A stretch of 64,000 nt of DNA from Penicillus capitatus. Taxonomy: Eukaryota; Plantae; Chlorophyta. How positions within the stretch are numbered: the stretch's first letter is position 1; the number at the start of each line of letters is the position of its first letter. The notes beneath the pieces are model-generated. The model ran no database searches. It was not told the DNA's origin and was given only the letters and a program-made list of their open reading frames with translations. Position numbers and translations under genes: made by a program. Positions 1 through 12,630 of the stretch are shown here, piece after piece. The DNA lies in NCBI GenBank assembly GCA_965649825.1, contig OZ287702.1, positions 507,170 to 571,169 on the forward strand, written 5' to 3'.

Positions 1-598
1 CATCATTCTGATCGGACTGCGTTTGGGTGAGGACTGCCACGATGGCGTCATGATCCAAGACGTCATCCACAAAAGCGGCAACACCTAAAGAACGTATGCC
101 ATCGATGTGGTTCACGAGACATTGTGTGGACAAGCAGACCTTGTCTCAGAGGAATGCGTTTTTCTTGAAGGAGTTCTTTCAGTTTGGCCTTCTTCAAAAC
201 GACCGTCTTCTTTGCCAATGCGTGATAATCTGATGAGGCAACCATACTCGGCCATCCCACCTGCAAGTATCATCTGGGTCGTCGTAGTTATGAGATGACG
301 TTTTATAAATGCACTTTATCAAAGAACAATTCAACGAGTCCCTCCTCTGTGCCGTCGCCATGCCGGATCAGATCCTGGTAGACCTCTGGACCCCAGTTGG
401 CACAATCCAGTCCCAAATCCTAAATCCACATCTTGCTGCCCAGTGACACAGTGAGATGCCCACCGAGAAAGCGGCGTTAAAGGCAACACGATGTCCATCT
501 CGCTGAAGATCGGCCACCACACCGTCGCATTCCAGGACCACAAGAGGCCGCAATTCGATCGACGCAGCATGTGTCCGAACGACGACACCTCGATGCAT
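1..598 (-). CDS. CbbY-like HAD-superfamily hydrolase, multi-exon, 3' end runs off the window
   Basis: Exon 1 reads LVVLECDGVVADLQRDGHRVAFNAAFS, matching CbbY motif I plus GHRVAFN. A later exon has ELLQEKRIPLRQG (CbbY PLRPG-like). Short GT-AG introns separate the exons. Confidence 0.75.
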
Positions 599-759
599 GC
601 CTTAATTTTGACACACGCTGCGATCGAGATGCTTGGAATACCATGTCTCTCTCGGTAACATGTCGATCGATATCGAAAACTCGGCCTTCGTGGATGTTGT
701 GTGCCGATCGCTGCGATAAGGGATTTCATGAGATGCATTAACGTGTCCTCGAGATCGAA

Positions 760-1343
760 ATGGCGAAAGACGACGCACCACCACCGCCAGAGACGAAAGA
801 CGACGCCCCAGGTGGCGACGACAAGAAAACGCCAAAGGCGAAAAAGAAAGCCGCTTCGCAGAAGACACCCGAGGAGCTTCTGAAGGAGTTCACTCCTAAA
901 CCTCCACCGAAACCCCGCGACGTCGAACCTTACTCTTTCAACCGACTCGAGCAATTCGATTACGTACGCGAAGTGACGAAAAAGAACGTGTGGTATTACC
1001 GCGATCGTATCAGCGTCCCACGTGGCCCGTGTACACTGCCCGTGCTTCGCGAGGCCTGGGTCAATGGCATCATTGATGAGAATACGTTGATCTGGGGACA
1101 GGGACTGATCGATTGGCTTCCTGCCAAGAACATCCGAACACTCATTCCACAGATCCGTACTCCCGAAGGTTAGCCATGTCTTTACCTCTTGCACCGCTCA
1201 ATGCATCTCACTCATGTTACGCAGTGCAATTCGCGACGTGGTTGAAGAAGAATCTTGCGTTGAAGCCTGCTGTGGCACGTATGCGAAAACAGTTTCCTGA
1301 AAAACGTTCGATTCCGCACGATCAGGTGGACAATATGTACTGA
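760..1343 (+). CDS. TIC56: TIC56-like chloroplast translocon protein (GYF_2 domain); the true start may lie upstream
   Basis: NVWYYRDRISVPRGPCTLPVLREAWVNGIIDENTLIWGQGLIDWLPAKN, then an intron at ~1170-1222, then VQFATWLKKNLALKP...DNMY*. Recognised from memory of algal Tic56. Confidence 0.75.
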
Positions 1344-1637
1344 ACCACATCTTAACAAGAGTTTTGGAAAAAAATTCCTGTTGGATGATACAAGCCCATC
1401 AGCAGTGCAGTCGATGGAAGTAACAGCAGACTGTTATCTGTCTATCAGACATCAATCAGAAGCTACATCGTATCTGGTGCACATGGAGTGGATGTTGAAC
1501 GGTTTCAATCAGGCAAGAGATTTGTTGCTCTCGTAACCAGGAGGAGTGAACATACTCACTCTCGAACACACAAAAAAACCATGACAGCATGACGTTGAAA
1601 AAGACACGCTGTCCCCTGAAATGACAGACTCAAGAAT

Positions 1638-1730
1638 GACATAGCATTCGTTGATCATAACACACCCAACGGCCCACAACAGTGACATAGGATTCGTTGA
1701 TCATAAAGACACTCAACGACCCACAACGGT
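1638..1730. repeat. Two imperfect 46-bp direct repeats in the INO1 3' flank
   Basis: GACATAGCATTCGTTGATCATAACACACCCAACGGCCCACAACAGT at 1638 and GACATAGGATTCGTTGATCATAAAGACACTCAACGACCCACAACGGT at 1684. Confidence 0.85.
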
Positions 1731-1736
1731 AAGGAT

Positions 1737-3441
1737 CTATTGTTTTTCAAGACACTTGTGCTCGAGCATTAAGTGATTCTCTGGACGCAGTCCAACACAT
1801 GCTCTCATGAAATTCTCCAACATGGCTCGTTGCTTGGACAGGGCATTGACAATCGGCGTTCCATCCGGGACCAATGGCGCCTTGGTCAAGTAGGACAACA
1901 AGGATGCAACGGGATGTAGGTCTTGATAATGCGTGTCCTTCTCCTGCTTCACCTGGACACGCGTCAAGAGTTCGGCCAATAAGACCAAGTCCAGAATGAT
2001 AGGTGCTGCCAAAAGAGAGTCTTCGCATGTGTTGTGCATCACAATCGTACTGCGTCCTCCGAGAAAGATTTCAGATGTATATTCATCCATGGCACGTTTA
2101 CTGTCTCCCACGTAAGGAACATACTTGATCACCACAACGTGGTCCGGATGCTCTCCTGGCTCGTAAAGAACGGCATTGGAGCCAACCATATCATCCACGA
2201 CGTTAGATTTAGAGATCTCTTTGGAACGGAATGTCTGTGGAGCGGATAGATTGAGCCCGTCGTTGTTGCCGAGATGATTGTACGAGACAATAGAGACAGG
2301 TTTGATGCCGGCGCCGACTAAGAAATCGACCACCACGGATTTCATTTTCGTCTGACCACTCTTGAAATCATCTCCAGCGATCAACACGCCTCTGCTAATA
2401 GCCATTTCGACCAGACCAGGGACAAAAGTGTTCTGAGGGGAGCCGTTGATAAAAGGGACTCCTTCTTCGATGGCGGCAATGGCGTAGAGCGATGATGGTG
2501 CAATCTCATCTTCGTTCGACTCGACGCTTTTCAATAAATTCTCCATGGTATCATTCATTCCCTCCTCAATTGAGGCATAGCGTTCTGTGTTTGCTGTCCA
2601 GAGCACCACAATCTTATCCAATTCATTCGTTTTCTTAAAATCGCGTATGTTTTGGCGGATTTCGGCGACTTGTTCTGCCTTGGTGCCGTTGATCACATGA
2701 TCCGCCCGCACATTCTGATTGCTCGCTACAAACTGCGGATCATAGATTCCTGTACAGCAGCATCCTTAAGTACTACCAAAAAGAGTGAGATATTCCAATG
2801 ACCTGGCAAAGGTTGAATATCTTTCATTAGTGGAGCCAGCTGCTGCTGCAAAGCAAAATCGATCACTTGTGCGCGTTCCATCGCGCGGGCCATGTCATAA
2901 TGTGAAATATCCCACCCGCCGATGACCACATCATTAGGGTCCACCATGGGCAGCAGACTTTTCAAGGGAGCATAGACTTCTTCGCCGTCGACGTTTCCTA
3001 GTCGAAAAGACGACGCTTGTGTAACGGACCCCCAGTAGTTTGGCTTCTGTAAACCCTCTTTCGTCATCCACGTCACTCCGCTGTCGACACAACGTCTTTT
3101 CAGACGGAGAGACGAAAGCGACGGTCTTACTGTTTGTTTGCGAGAATTCCGGCGAGAAGAGTGGAACCGTTGTTGCCGCCGAGGCCCACAAGCATCACAC
3201 TGTCGACAGCACGAGGAACTCCGTCAGGACACGACGCACGCGTTTCGTCGTCGTTTGCTTACCCGAGCTTCGGCACGGCGTTTTGGGTTCGGAATTCGAA
3301 AGTCTCCTTTGTGGGTATCACCGTCCATGACTGATCGTCGGCCGGCTCCAATCGCGTGTTGTCGTAGTCGAAACGCGCGTAAATAGCGTCATCTGCGTAA
3401 CGCACGTTCGGGGACTGGACTTTGAAGTTCTCGACAAACAT
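1737..3441 (-). CDS. INO1: myo-inositol-1-phosphate synthase, multi-exon
   Basis: [14 protein letters not shown] Rossmann motif, [50 protein letters not shown]. Confidence 0.97.
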
Positions 3442-3574
3442 TTCTCAAATCTCGACGGGTCCAAACAAGCGAAGCTTAGAACAAAAGGGCAAAAACCCAG
3501 TATATATAGTCAACGGGTACCGTCCTCTCGAACGTTCGCGACTTGATGCGACGGTACTGCCGTTAGTGAACATC

Positions 3575-4341
3575 ATGGTTGTCGCACGTGTGCTGCGACG
3601 CGGTTGGTCAGTTCTCGAAGGCGTCTGTCCTGCAACGCGGCCGTGGGAGTATCTATCGAAACGGGGCGCAAACCGTACAGTAAAAGTACAGCTTTTAAAG
3701 GTTAGGAGTGGTGATGCATATTCCTAGACGATGCATCGTCGAGGCATCGAGAATTCCATGCTGTGCTGTTCTGCAGGATGTCGAAAAACTAGGCGGACAT
3801 GGCGATGTGGTCATGGTCAAACCAGGACGCATGCGGAATCACCTATACCCAAAGAAAGAAGCTGTGTATGCTATGTATAATGCGCCACTGACTGTACGAG
3901 AACGGAAAACCAAAGTTCATCGACCTGCATAGTAATTGTACATCTGCAGAATGCGTCTAAACATGGTCTAGGAAGTCCACAGACCGAGCAAAGAGGACCT
4001 CATTCGAGCACAGCTGTCGAAAATCGTCAAGCGACTGACCACAACCACTTTGGTTTTTCTGTTAGGTTTAGTGATGTGACTGACAGTTGGTGAACTAGGA
4101 GATCCGACGGCCGTTGAGAGAGGGTGGAGATAAAAACGTTTCAATCACAGCAGATATTGTGTGTAAGTTTGTGCGAGAGCGTCTAAAAGTGGATCTGTCG
4201 GCGTCCCTGCTGGACATACCAAAGCCACTCGAAAGCCGCGGGGAGTTTGAAATACCATTAAAGTTTACATACCAAGGGGAGAGTGATCTGACTCTGAAGG
4301 TCAACATTATCGATGCCTCCGAAGCAGAAGAAAATGACTGA
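3575..4341 (+). CDS. RPL9: Organellar (probably mitochondrial) ribosomal protein L9, multi-exon
   Basis: VKVQLLK/DVEKLGGHGDVVMVKPGRMRNHLYP is the L9 N-terminal motif. The C-terminal exon has KPLESRGEFEIPL. The N-terminus is Arg-rich and presequence-like. Confidence 0.85.
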
Positions 4342-7063
4342 TATGATCTAGAGAGACACATACAAATGTTGTCTGTCATAAAGTGCATTGGTGTGACGTA
4401 TTTTGGAGAGATGACCAAACGCGAGAACATGTGAGAGGACTGCATATGTCTTGCGTGCCAAAACTCGCATTTTGTTTCTTTTACTGTTGTTGTACGATGG
4501 TGCTTCTTAATGCCTTTTGGTGGTTTTCTGTCACATCGCTTGGCAATCCAAGTGCTTACTCAGTAAACAACAGACATTCGCATGCTGGCCAAGACGATTG
4601 GAAGTTTTCGGATGCATCTAACGAAGTGAGCGAAGTGAGCGGCGCGGCTGGCTGACTCGCGCATGAAATCTATTTCTTTTGTGAGTGGTCAGTTGTTCCA
4701 CTGTTATCTAGCTTCTTTGGGAAATGGGCCTGCTGATGCACCGTTCAGTAGTCGTTTCCTTCGCTGCATTTGAAGTAAAGGACCTCTCTCGACAGGAACC
4801 GATTAGATAAAAAGCGATAACTGTGTTCCTCGACAGCGAATGTCGACATTGACAGCTTGTCGAATTTCTAATCGATCTATGTGAATCGGAACCGAGAACA
4901 GGCCGATCAGCTGCAAGTCAGATTCAATCCAGATGTTCCTGCTAGAAGTCGTGCTTCGTATCTTTTTGCTTCCGCGTAGCTTGTAAGTGATCGGTAGAGA
5001 ATGCGATCCAACCATATGCGTTAAGCTGTCGGACATGTAATTGGCGCTCTTATGAGGCTTTAAATAAAGCTTTCGGAAGGACGAATGACGACCTCTGTCG
5101 AGAAACTGTGATAACTAACCATCATCCATACCAAATGAGTCCTAGAGCGAATAACTCAAACTTCAAAAAAATACCGTATTGAGATATAGTTCTACTTGAT
5201 TCATGGTGCTAGCAATATTTCGTTCGCCGGCAATCGAATGCTCGAAATAATTCTTTTCCGGCAAGCAATGATATTGTGTCCGAAGCAGAACTTCGTTCTT
5301 GCACTATGGAACGTCACCTTGAGCGAAAATAACATCGCGATCGATTAAGCACAGAATCTCATTCGAAAAGACAATCATTACATCTTGGGATCGCATGCAA
5401 GAAGATTCACAGGAACGATCTATGATCCATCGGATCGATCGATCAATCGACCGCGCTTGTCGATGCGATACTTCACTGCGATCGATTCATAGATCTCCGC
5501 TTTTCGCAGAATCGATGATATGATCGATCTTTTCAAAAGCGAAAGAAATCCTGGACACTCTTCTGGCGGTTTCTTTTGAGTCTCTCTTCTTCTTCTTCAG
5601 GGAAAAAGTGGCCTTCCAGTGGTGATCGCCCTTAAACGCTTTGCTGAATCCTAATCACGCACAAGGAGTTGCTAGATTTGTCCTCTCTGCGTTTCGCTTC
5701 TAGTGGACCGATTAGACAACTGACAAACAACGTCCGCGGGTTTCCGACGAGTTCTCCGAAACCACATGCGGGGAACCGCATTGCTCAAATCTTCGTCGGA
5801 GCCGCTCGTCCTGGATCCGTCCAAACGGACTGAAGGATCGTGGGGAGGTGATGATAATCGTGACTTGACAGCTAGAGAACGATACTTTTGGCAGAAATGA
5901 GAGACTGGCCGTGCCACGCGTCTTCGACCGCAATCGTCAAATAATGCCTCATGACTGGACCGAACTGCATCGTTACTTCTCCGTGAAGAGGCGCACACCT
6001 GTCATCGCCGAGTCTGTTCTCCCATCGGATTCTCCTCTGTTTCCCGATCGTACACTGAGACTGCAATCATCCATTGTGAACAGAGGAGAGAACAAGTCTA
6101 GAGGCAAACTCTGCTTTGAGCATCGAGGCAGGATATGCGGCTGTCTGAAAACCGTCTAACGCGAAACATCACTCAGGACACAAACATTCGAACATCCGTA
6201 GGCGGAACCGGCTCGAGAATCGTCGAACAGGACCTGAAGCAAGCAGGACATGGGCCAGATTTGGAAGAAACTCATGTTCAAGCAAAGTGCGGCGATGGCA
6301 AAAAAAAATCCGGGCCATCAAGGTCAATCCTTTCTCTTCAGAACCGTCTAACAACTCACGTGACTGCTCCAGAAGTGTAGAAGCCTACCTGGTCGCTTTT
6401 CACAACCCATCCCATTACGTTCAGATTCACACTGCTGTTCATCTTGGCCTTTGACAGGTAACAGTGGAATCCCTAGGTCTTCGTGGTTTGGCCTAGTAGA
6501 GAAGGCATTCTTAGTATTCCCGTTTGTTGCCCTGACTGTAGGATCGCGGGAAAGCGGTCCAATACTTTGCTGTTTGCATTTTATGTGATCTCATCATTCT
6601 GTATGTCAGCGTCATCTTGATCGCTTCTGTGATCTGGAGACACTGTTCCAGTTGAGGGGGTTTCAATTCTGCGATCTTGCAGTTGTTATATGGGATGCTT
6701 GGCAGAATCACTGACCGACCCGCAACATTTCTGTTTGCTGGCGACAAACAAGAAGGTCAATCACGATCAGCACTGCCTCGAATTCGGATTCGGATAGATA
6801 TAATATTCGGCAAGACACTTGTCTTTCTCTAACTAAGCATTTCGACAGTTCGCGCATCCCACTAGTCAACAAGCGATTAAACGCTTCGTCCTATGACACG
6901 CAGTGGACGTTGTCGTGCAAATCGACTCCGCAACTGTCGCGTCAGCATTCCAAACGCCTGCTTCCGAACATCTTGACGGCTTCTCATCCTCGTCATGACT
7001 CGCATATTTGTTACAGGTTTTCGCTCTTTGTTCGCTGTCCATTGTTAAAAATCGAGGAGCGAC

Positions 7064-8695
7064 ATGGAGGGACAGGAGACCGGTCTCTTTACCGAATCGC
7101 CAGAGGCAGAGACGTCAGTGGAGGAAGGTCATCGAGATTGGGCGTCGCTTCCATTGCCCGTCGTCGACAGTCTCGTTCGAGTGCTCAAGGATGCTCGAAG
7201 ATGGAGACTGGAGGGCAGGTCTCTGCGACTGATCAACAAACACTGGTCAGCAGCGGTCACCATGCACGTGGAGGAGATTCGACCCGACACCACGCGAATC
7301 ATTGCCGACGAGGACATCGCGTCGCTGTCGAAGTTCAAACGGCTGACGTCTGTAGACATCTCGCCGTTTCTGATTCGTCCTCCTAGACATGCAATTCCAA
7401 AGAACCGAAAGCAGAAGATGGTATTCCTAAAGAACTGGTTTGACGCCAAGCTGAGGAGGATTGTTGACATGCTTTGTGAGATGCCGGAGCTAACACAGAT
7501 TGAAGTCGGACTCAAGACCATAATCATCCTCCATTATCACTGTGCAAGAACGAGAGAACATTTCTCAACATTGGAGAGGATCACCTCAGTATACCTTTAC
7601 AACAGTAAGAACGTTAAGTTCTACGGCGAAACGCCTCTGAGCAAAACCTGGGCGGGGCAACTCTACGGGCAACAGCAGTCGGACTATTCAAGCATAATCG
7701 CGCAACTTGTGTGCAGTCTTGGGGGTTTGGAAACATTGGAAGTTGAAGGTCTTGTGCTGGACAGTTGCACTCAGTTCGGTTTTCTGGACCAAGTGAAACG
7801 TGTAACCCTTCAAGGTGTGGACTCAAGAATACTGACCCGACTGTCAAATCCATCGGCAACAGTTTCTTCTGTTGTCGTGTTGTCTCCTGCTACATTCACG
7901 CGGAACATTTCTGTCCAACTGACTCGTTTGGGTGGACTAAGTCTTCTGGAGGAGGTTTCGTCAGACGATCTCGCCGGAGTGCATCTCAGTCCTGCAGCCA
8001 AAAATTTGAAGGTTCTTGACATCTCTGTTAGCGATTTTGACATAAGTGCTTTTCCAAATGAAACGATTACTGTATTCATGAACGTAGAATGCTTGAATAT
8101 TGTATCATGTTTGTTTGCGGGAGCATCATTGCGAGGACATTTTCCCAATCTCAAGGCGTTGAGATTTGCAGATTGCACGGTGACAGACAGCGATGTGACG
8201 TTTGTCACGCAGTTCCGCAAGCTGGAGCTCTTGGATTGGTACGACGTACTCGATCCACAATTCAAGTCGCTTCACCTACCATGGGAGAAGTTGGAGCTGC
8301 CAAAACTCCGATCATTATGTGTCATTCCAATCCTGGATGACTCCGAATTGCTGTCAATTTCTCGACAAACGAATCTGGAGGTTCTGCTCGTCGGATCGTA
8401 CTACGACCAGATATGTGCTAGCAATATCACGAATGAGGGACTACGCTTGCTGGAAGAATTGGTCAATCTTCGCATTTTGTACGTAGAAGCTTACGAAACA
8501 AAGGCAAGAAGAATGTGGTTATCTTTGCTTTCTAGTAACATGCTTACCAAACTGGAGCAATTGTGGGTGTGGTTTTATCCGGAGTATGATGAAGACGAAG
8601 ACAGCTTAAAACGCATAAAATGCATTTCGCCTCATCTGATCTTGAAATCTGGCCTGTATCATTTTCTAGATTTTGATTGCGCTCGTTTTATTTGA
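7064..8695 (+). CDS. Intronless F-box-like/LRR protein, paralogue 1 (543 aa)
   Basis: RDWASLPLPVVDSLVRVL...SLRLINKHWSAAV is an F-box-like motif. It is followed by degenerate LRRs (LPKLRSL, FPNLKALRF, LTKLEQL). The ORF is uninterrupted. Confidence 0.8.
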   Translation: MEGQETGLFTESPEAETSVEEGHRDWASLPLPVVDSLVRVLKDARRWRLEGRSLRLINKHWSAAVTMHVEEIRPDTTRIIADEDIASLSKFKRLTSVDISPFLIRPPRHAIPKNRKQKMVFLKNWFDAKLRRIVDMLCEMPELTQIEVGLKTIIILHYHCARTREHFSTLERITSVYLYNSKNVKFYGETPLSKTWAGQLYGQQQSDYSSIIAQLVCSLGGLETLEVEGLVLDSCTQFGFLDQVKRVTLQGVDSRILTRLSNPSATVSSVVVLSPATFTRNISVQLTRLGGLSLLEEVSSDDLAGVHLSPAAKNLKVLDISVSDFDISAFPNETITVFMNVECLNIVSCLFAGASLRGHFPNLKALRFADCTVTDSDVTFVTQFRKLELLDWYDVLDPQFKSLHLPWEKLELPKLRSLCVIPILDDSELLSISRQTNLEVLLVGSYYDQICASNITNEGLRLLEELVNLRILYVEAYETKARRMWLSLLSSNMLTKLEQLWVWFYPEYDEDEDSLKRIKCISPHLILKSGLYHFLDFDCARFI

Positions 8696-9740
8696 CTCGG
8701 AAGATAATCGTTTCCCAAATAATACCAACAAAAGATTTAAAGTTGGTGCACGAGTGGTCATAGTTGATGTTATGTCTGTTGCATGTTACAGCAAAAATTT
8801 GCAAAACCAGCGACGCTGTCCCGATCGCTTGTACAGAAGTGGATGTTCATGTTAGATTGATTCTATGACGATTTGCACTGACTGTTCCTTTGCTCTCACA
8901 CATCTGCGTTGTCTATTCGGCCTTGTTCTCTGCGGTGGTAGTTGCGGCAATCGATAAGAAAAAAGTTCTTTAGTTGTGCTCGACATCCAGAACTCGGATA
9001 CAGTTGGTGTTACAGTTGATGTTCAACTGTCGCTGTCAAACTCACAAAAGGTGTCAGTCACCATTTGGATCAAAATTCGGTGATCTGCAGACTGCCGCCT
9101 ACTCCGAAGCAAGAAGAGTCGAGCCCCTTGCCTGCAAGTACGATTGAGGTTCCCCGTTAGGCGGGATTTGAAACAATCGAGGATTGCGCTGGCTTACTTT
9201 TATTGCCGAGATAAGTTCTGTTCGGTTTCGAATCCCGCTATGTGTGCAAATCCTCCACAGCTCAACAAGAGATGGAGGCTCTAGTTGAACGCGTGACGAT
9301 GGACGGGGTTAGAGGGTCCTTTTCGCCTTCTGTTGCAGTCCGGGGTCTAGACTCATCGGTGAACAGATCGCCTTCTTGACGACAACCACTTTGGAATAGA
9401 AGCTTCTCTCGATAATGTGCCCTTATTTAAATACATTCCGTTCTCTGTGTGCTTGCCCCTCTTGTAGGACTGGAATGTCGAACATCTTGCGCCACACGGA
9501 GAGAGGATGACATATTGAAACTGTTCGCGCGCCCTTCAGACACGGTTTTGCCTTCGACGTGACGTAAACCCTTAATAATGAGGCCGCTGACTAGAGCCGC
9601 TTTGGCGACATCTGAATGCACAGCGATGTGGCGTTGTGTCCAGAATTGCTTCACCTTACCTGGCTGGCCAACGGTGCGGCCGCTTGCGACTCTTGGTAAG
9701 ACATCCTCCGGTTCTCTCTAACCGGCAACTCGGAATACAA
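8696..9740. repeat. Duplicated 3' flank of F-box paralogue 1 (copy at ~28462-29360)
   Basis: Shared blocks, e.g. CACAGCTCAACAAGAGATGGAGGC...TTTGGAATAGAAGCTTCTCTCGATAATG at ~9250-9420 and ~28990-29155. Confidence 0.85.
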
Positions 9741-10983
9741 GGAACGAGGAATGGGAACACCTCCTGATCTTCGCCTGCTTGGCCTATTTTTGGGAATAAC
9801 CGAGAAAATGATCACTTCTGTGATGTGGAAGCGCAGCATGCCTGTGCAGTTCATAGCGGATATTGACACCTATTTCATTCCATCGTTTGATGTTACCAAC
9901 TCTCCTCTCGTTTTGAACGTTCTCTGGATTTCACGTTTTCGGGTATTCCAACGCCTGGGTGCTCGTTTGCGATCAGCCTCTCGCTTAAAGTTTGTGCGTG
10001 GAAGGTACTAAGTACGGTGGAAGCATTGATCTTCATCACAACTACACGCAACTGCCGTATCGGACAAATCTTGCACGTGGGTGTGAGCAACCGAGAGCGG
10101 ACAAGGGAGTTGAGGGCACGCAAGAAGGTACCTCGTGAATTTCGGTGCGACGCGGTGGTGTACCATCGGCTAGGAAGACCAGTGCAAAAGTCAGCGTCGA
10201 AGACCTACAACTTGGACGGATTGTAGCTTTGTATCCGTTCCCCGTAAGCGTTCTATTAAGCGTCAGAGCTATCAAATCGGACAGTGAGCACGCAGATCCC
10301 CGCATCTACGAAGACGAGCATCATTTTCTGTGCCGATGCCCTTTCTCTTCGTCTCAGAGACTCGTGTTTTGCCCCAGAACTAAAACTTCGATTGCGCGAC
10401 ATGGCGCTGCAGGGGGAAGATGGAGTGACGCACTCCGAGGACAAGCGCAACGAGATCGCAGAAACGCGACTTCGGCGAGGACGCAACTCTCCGAGCACAT
10501 GAAGCTGCATGCACCGACCACACTAGAGAGCGTGACAAGGAGAGCCGACACTGCGGAGTCTGTGGCTTAACACGCACGTCTTATTGTGCGTGTACAGTAC
10601 TGAGATATCATTGACACAACTTCTGCGCGCTTTTACCGTCTGACGAGTTTCGTCGCTCGGATTTCTTGACGGAGGAAACCTCTGGTCTTTTCTGGCGGGA
10701 AGATGCGTCTCGCCTTTAACTGTATGATCCATCCGACAAAGTTTAGCGACTTCAGTTATTCAGTTAGACTGCTCACACATGACTTCGTTGAAACAATGCA
10801 ATGGGAAGATTCTCAATTCGACCAACAGCTGACGTACGAACTGCGACTTCGCAACTGTCACGTCAGCATCGGAACGCCTGCTTTCGAGCATCCTACTTGC
10901 TTCTTATCCTCGTCACGACTCGCATATTTGTTGCAGGTTTTCGCTCTTTGTTCGCTATCCATTGTTAAAAATCGAGGAGCGAG

Positions 10984-12630
10984 ATGACGGGACAGGAGAC
11001 CGGTCTTCTTACCGAGTCGCTGGAGGCCGAGACGTCGTTGAATGAAGATCATCGAGATTGGGCGTCGCTGCCTCTGCCCGTCGTCGACAGTCTCGTTCGA
11101 GTCCTCAAGGATGCTCGGAGATGGAGACTGGAGGGCAGGTCTCTGCGACTGATCAACAGACACTGGTCGGCAGCGGTCACCATGCACGTGGAGGAGATTC
11201 GACCCGACACCACGCGAATCATTGTCGACGAGGACATCGCGTCGCTGTCGAAGTTCAAACGAGTGACGTCTGTAGACATCTCGCCGTTTCTAACTCACCC
11301 TCTGAAACATGCAATTCCAAGAAACCGTAAGCAGAAGAAGCTTTTTCTAAAGAATTGGTATTGTACTAAGCTGGAGAGGGTTGTTGACGTGCTCTGTCAG
11401 ATGCCGGAGCTGACGCAGATTGAAGTCGGACTCAAGGCATCCGTACCCCTCCTCTATCACTGTCCAATCGCAGGAGAACAGTTATCCAGATTAGGGAGGA
11501 TCACCTCTGCGTACATATATCACACGGACAATCTTAGGCTCAACGGCAAACCCCATTTGAACGCGACATCCTTGTTGTACGCTGGTTCTCCGTTTGTGGA
11601 TTTTACGAAGGGCCTTGCTGAATTCATCAACAGTTTGAATGGACTGGATACGCTGGAGACCACGGCAGGTTTGTTAAGTTGCGTTACGCAGTTCGATTTC
11701 CTTAAAAAAGTAAATCACGTAACGTTGCAAAATATGGACTTCTGTCTATGTACCCCGGAGGCGCTCTCATGGGCGACGATTTCTTCAGCCATACTGCATA
11801 GTTCACAAAGTTCTATATTAGACAGCGTTGTTTTACTCGATCGTGTACAAAGCCTGTCCCTGGAGTCTCCTTCTGTAGACAGTCTGGAACGTATATCTCT
11901 CGCTCGTTTCGCGAGACACCTTAAGGCCCTTCGTTTGGATGTATGGCATCCGGATGTTAGCCTTGATATCCCAGTAGAGACGCTCTCTAGGTTCGAACAA
12001 TTGGAGTGTTTGGAACTCGAGTCGTATCACTTCGATGGCGCATCGTTGAAAGAAAACCTCCCGAACCTGAAGGCCTTGAGAGTTCATTATTGCACAGTGA
12101 AGGACGGCGATGTGACGTTTGTCACACGATTCCACAAGCTTGAGCTCCTAAGTTGGAAGAAAGTTTATGACCCGGCGAATCAGTTGCTCCAACTGCCGTT
12201 AGATAAGCCAATGCCGCCCAAACTTCGTTCCTTGAGTCTTATCCCCATTTCAGACGACTCGGAGCTGGTGTCCATTTCCCGGCAGACGAATCTGGAGGTT
12301 CTTCTTTTCGGAACTGAGCCCTATGATTTCAGGGCTGGAAACATCTCGAAGAAAGGGGTAGAAGCGCTAGAGAGGTTGCAGAATCTCCGTATTCTGACGA
12401 TCGTCTCTTCTGGCGAGAGGAACCGAGAAACACTGTTGCGTTCGCTGCCTGTTAACCTCGTCACGGGGCTCGAACAGTTGTGGTTGGATATGCCCTTAGA
12501 TTACATCACAGAAGACGAAAGCGACGTGAAATCCATAGAAAGAAGATCGCCGAACTTGATCGTGAAATCGCGAAACATGACCTGCTGGTCATCATTCTCA
12601 AAAACGCTCGATCACGCTTGGCTCATTTGA
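10984..12630 (+). CDS. Intronless F-box-like/LRR protein, paralogue 2 (548 aa)
   Basis: Same N-terminal F-box-like motif as paralogue 1, a more divergent LRR middle, and a shared 5' flank (~10780-10983 resembles ~6880-7063). Confidence 0.8.
   Translation: MTGQETGLLTESLEAETSLNEDHRDWASLPLPVVDSLVRVLKDARRWRLEGRSLRLINRHWSAAVTMHVEEIRPDTTRIIVDEDIASLSKFKRVTSVDISPFLTHPLKHAIPRNRKQKKLFLKNWYCTKLERVVDVLCQMPELTQIEVGLKASVPLLYHCPIAGEQLSRLGRITSAYIYHTDNLRLNGKPHLNATSLLYAGSPFVDFTKGLAEFINSLNGLDTLETTAGLLSCVTQFDFLKKVNHVTLQNMDFCLCTPEALSWATISSAILHSSQSSILDSVVLLDRVQSLSLESPSVDSLERISLARFARHLKALRLDVWHPDVSLDIPVETLSRFEQLECLELESYHFDGASLKENLPNLKALRVHYCTVKDGDVTFVTRFHKLELLSWKKVYDPANQLLQLPLDKPMPPKLRSLSLIPISDDSELVSISRQTNLEVLLFGTEPYDFRAGNISKKGVEALERLQNLRILTIVSSGERNRETLLRSLPVNLVTGLEQLWLDMPLDYITEDESDVKSIERRSPNLIVKSRNMTCWSSFSKTLDHAWLI

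Noticed and set aside
331-1194. 287-aa minus-strand ORF
   Set aside because: It is the antisense shadow of TIC56 joined to part of the HAD gene, with no coherent domain.
5700-5830. GNRIAQI, resembling dUTPase GDRIAQL
   Set aside because: The surrounding frame lacks all other dUTPase motifs and stops shortly after.
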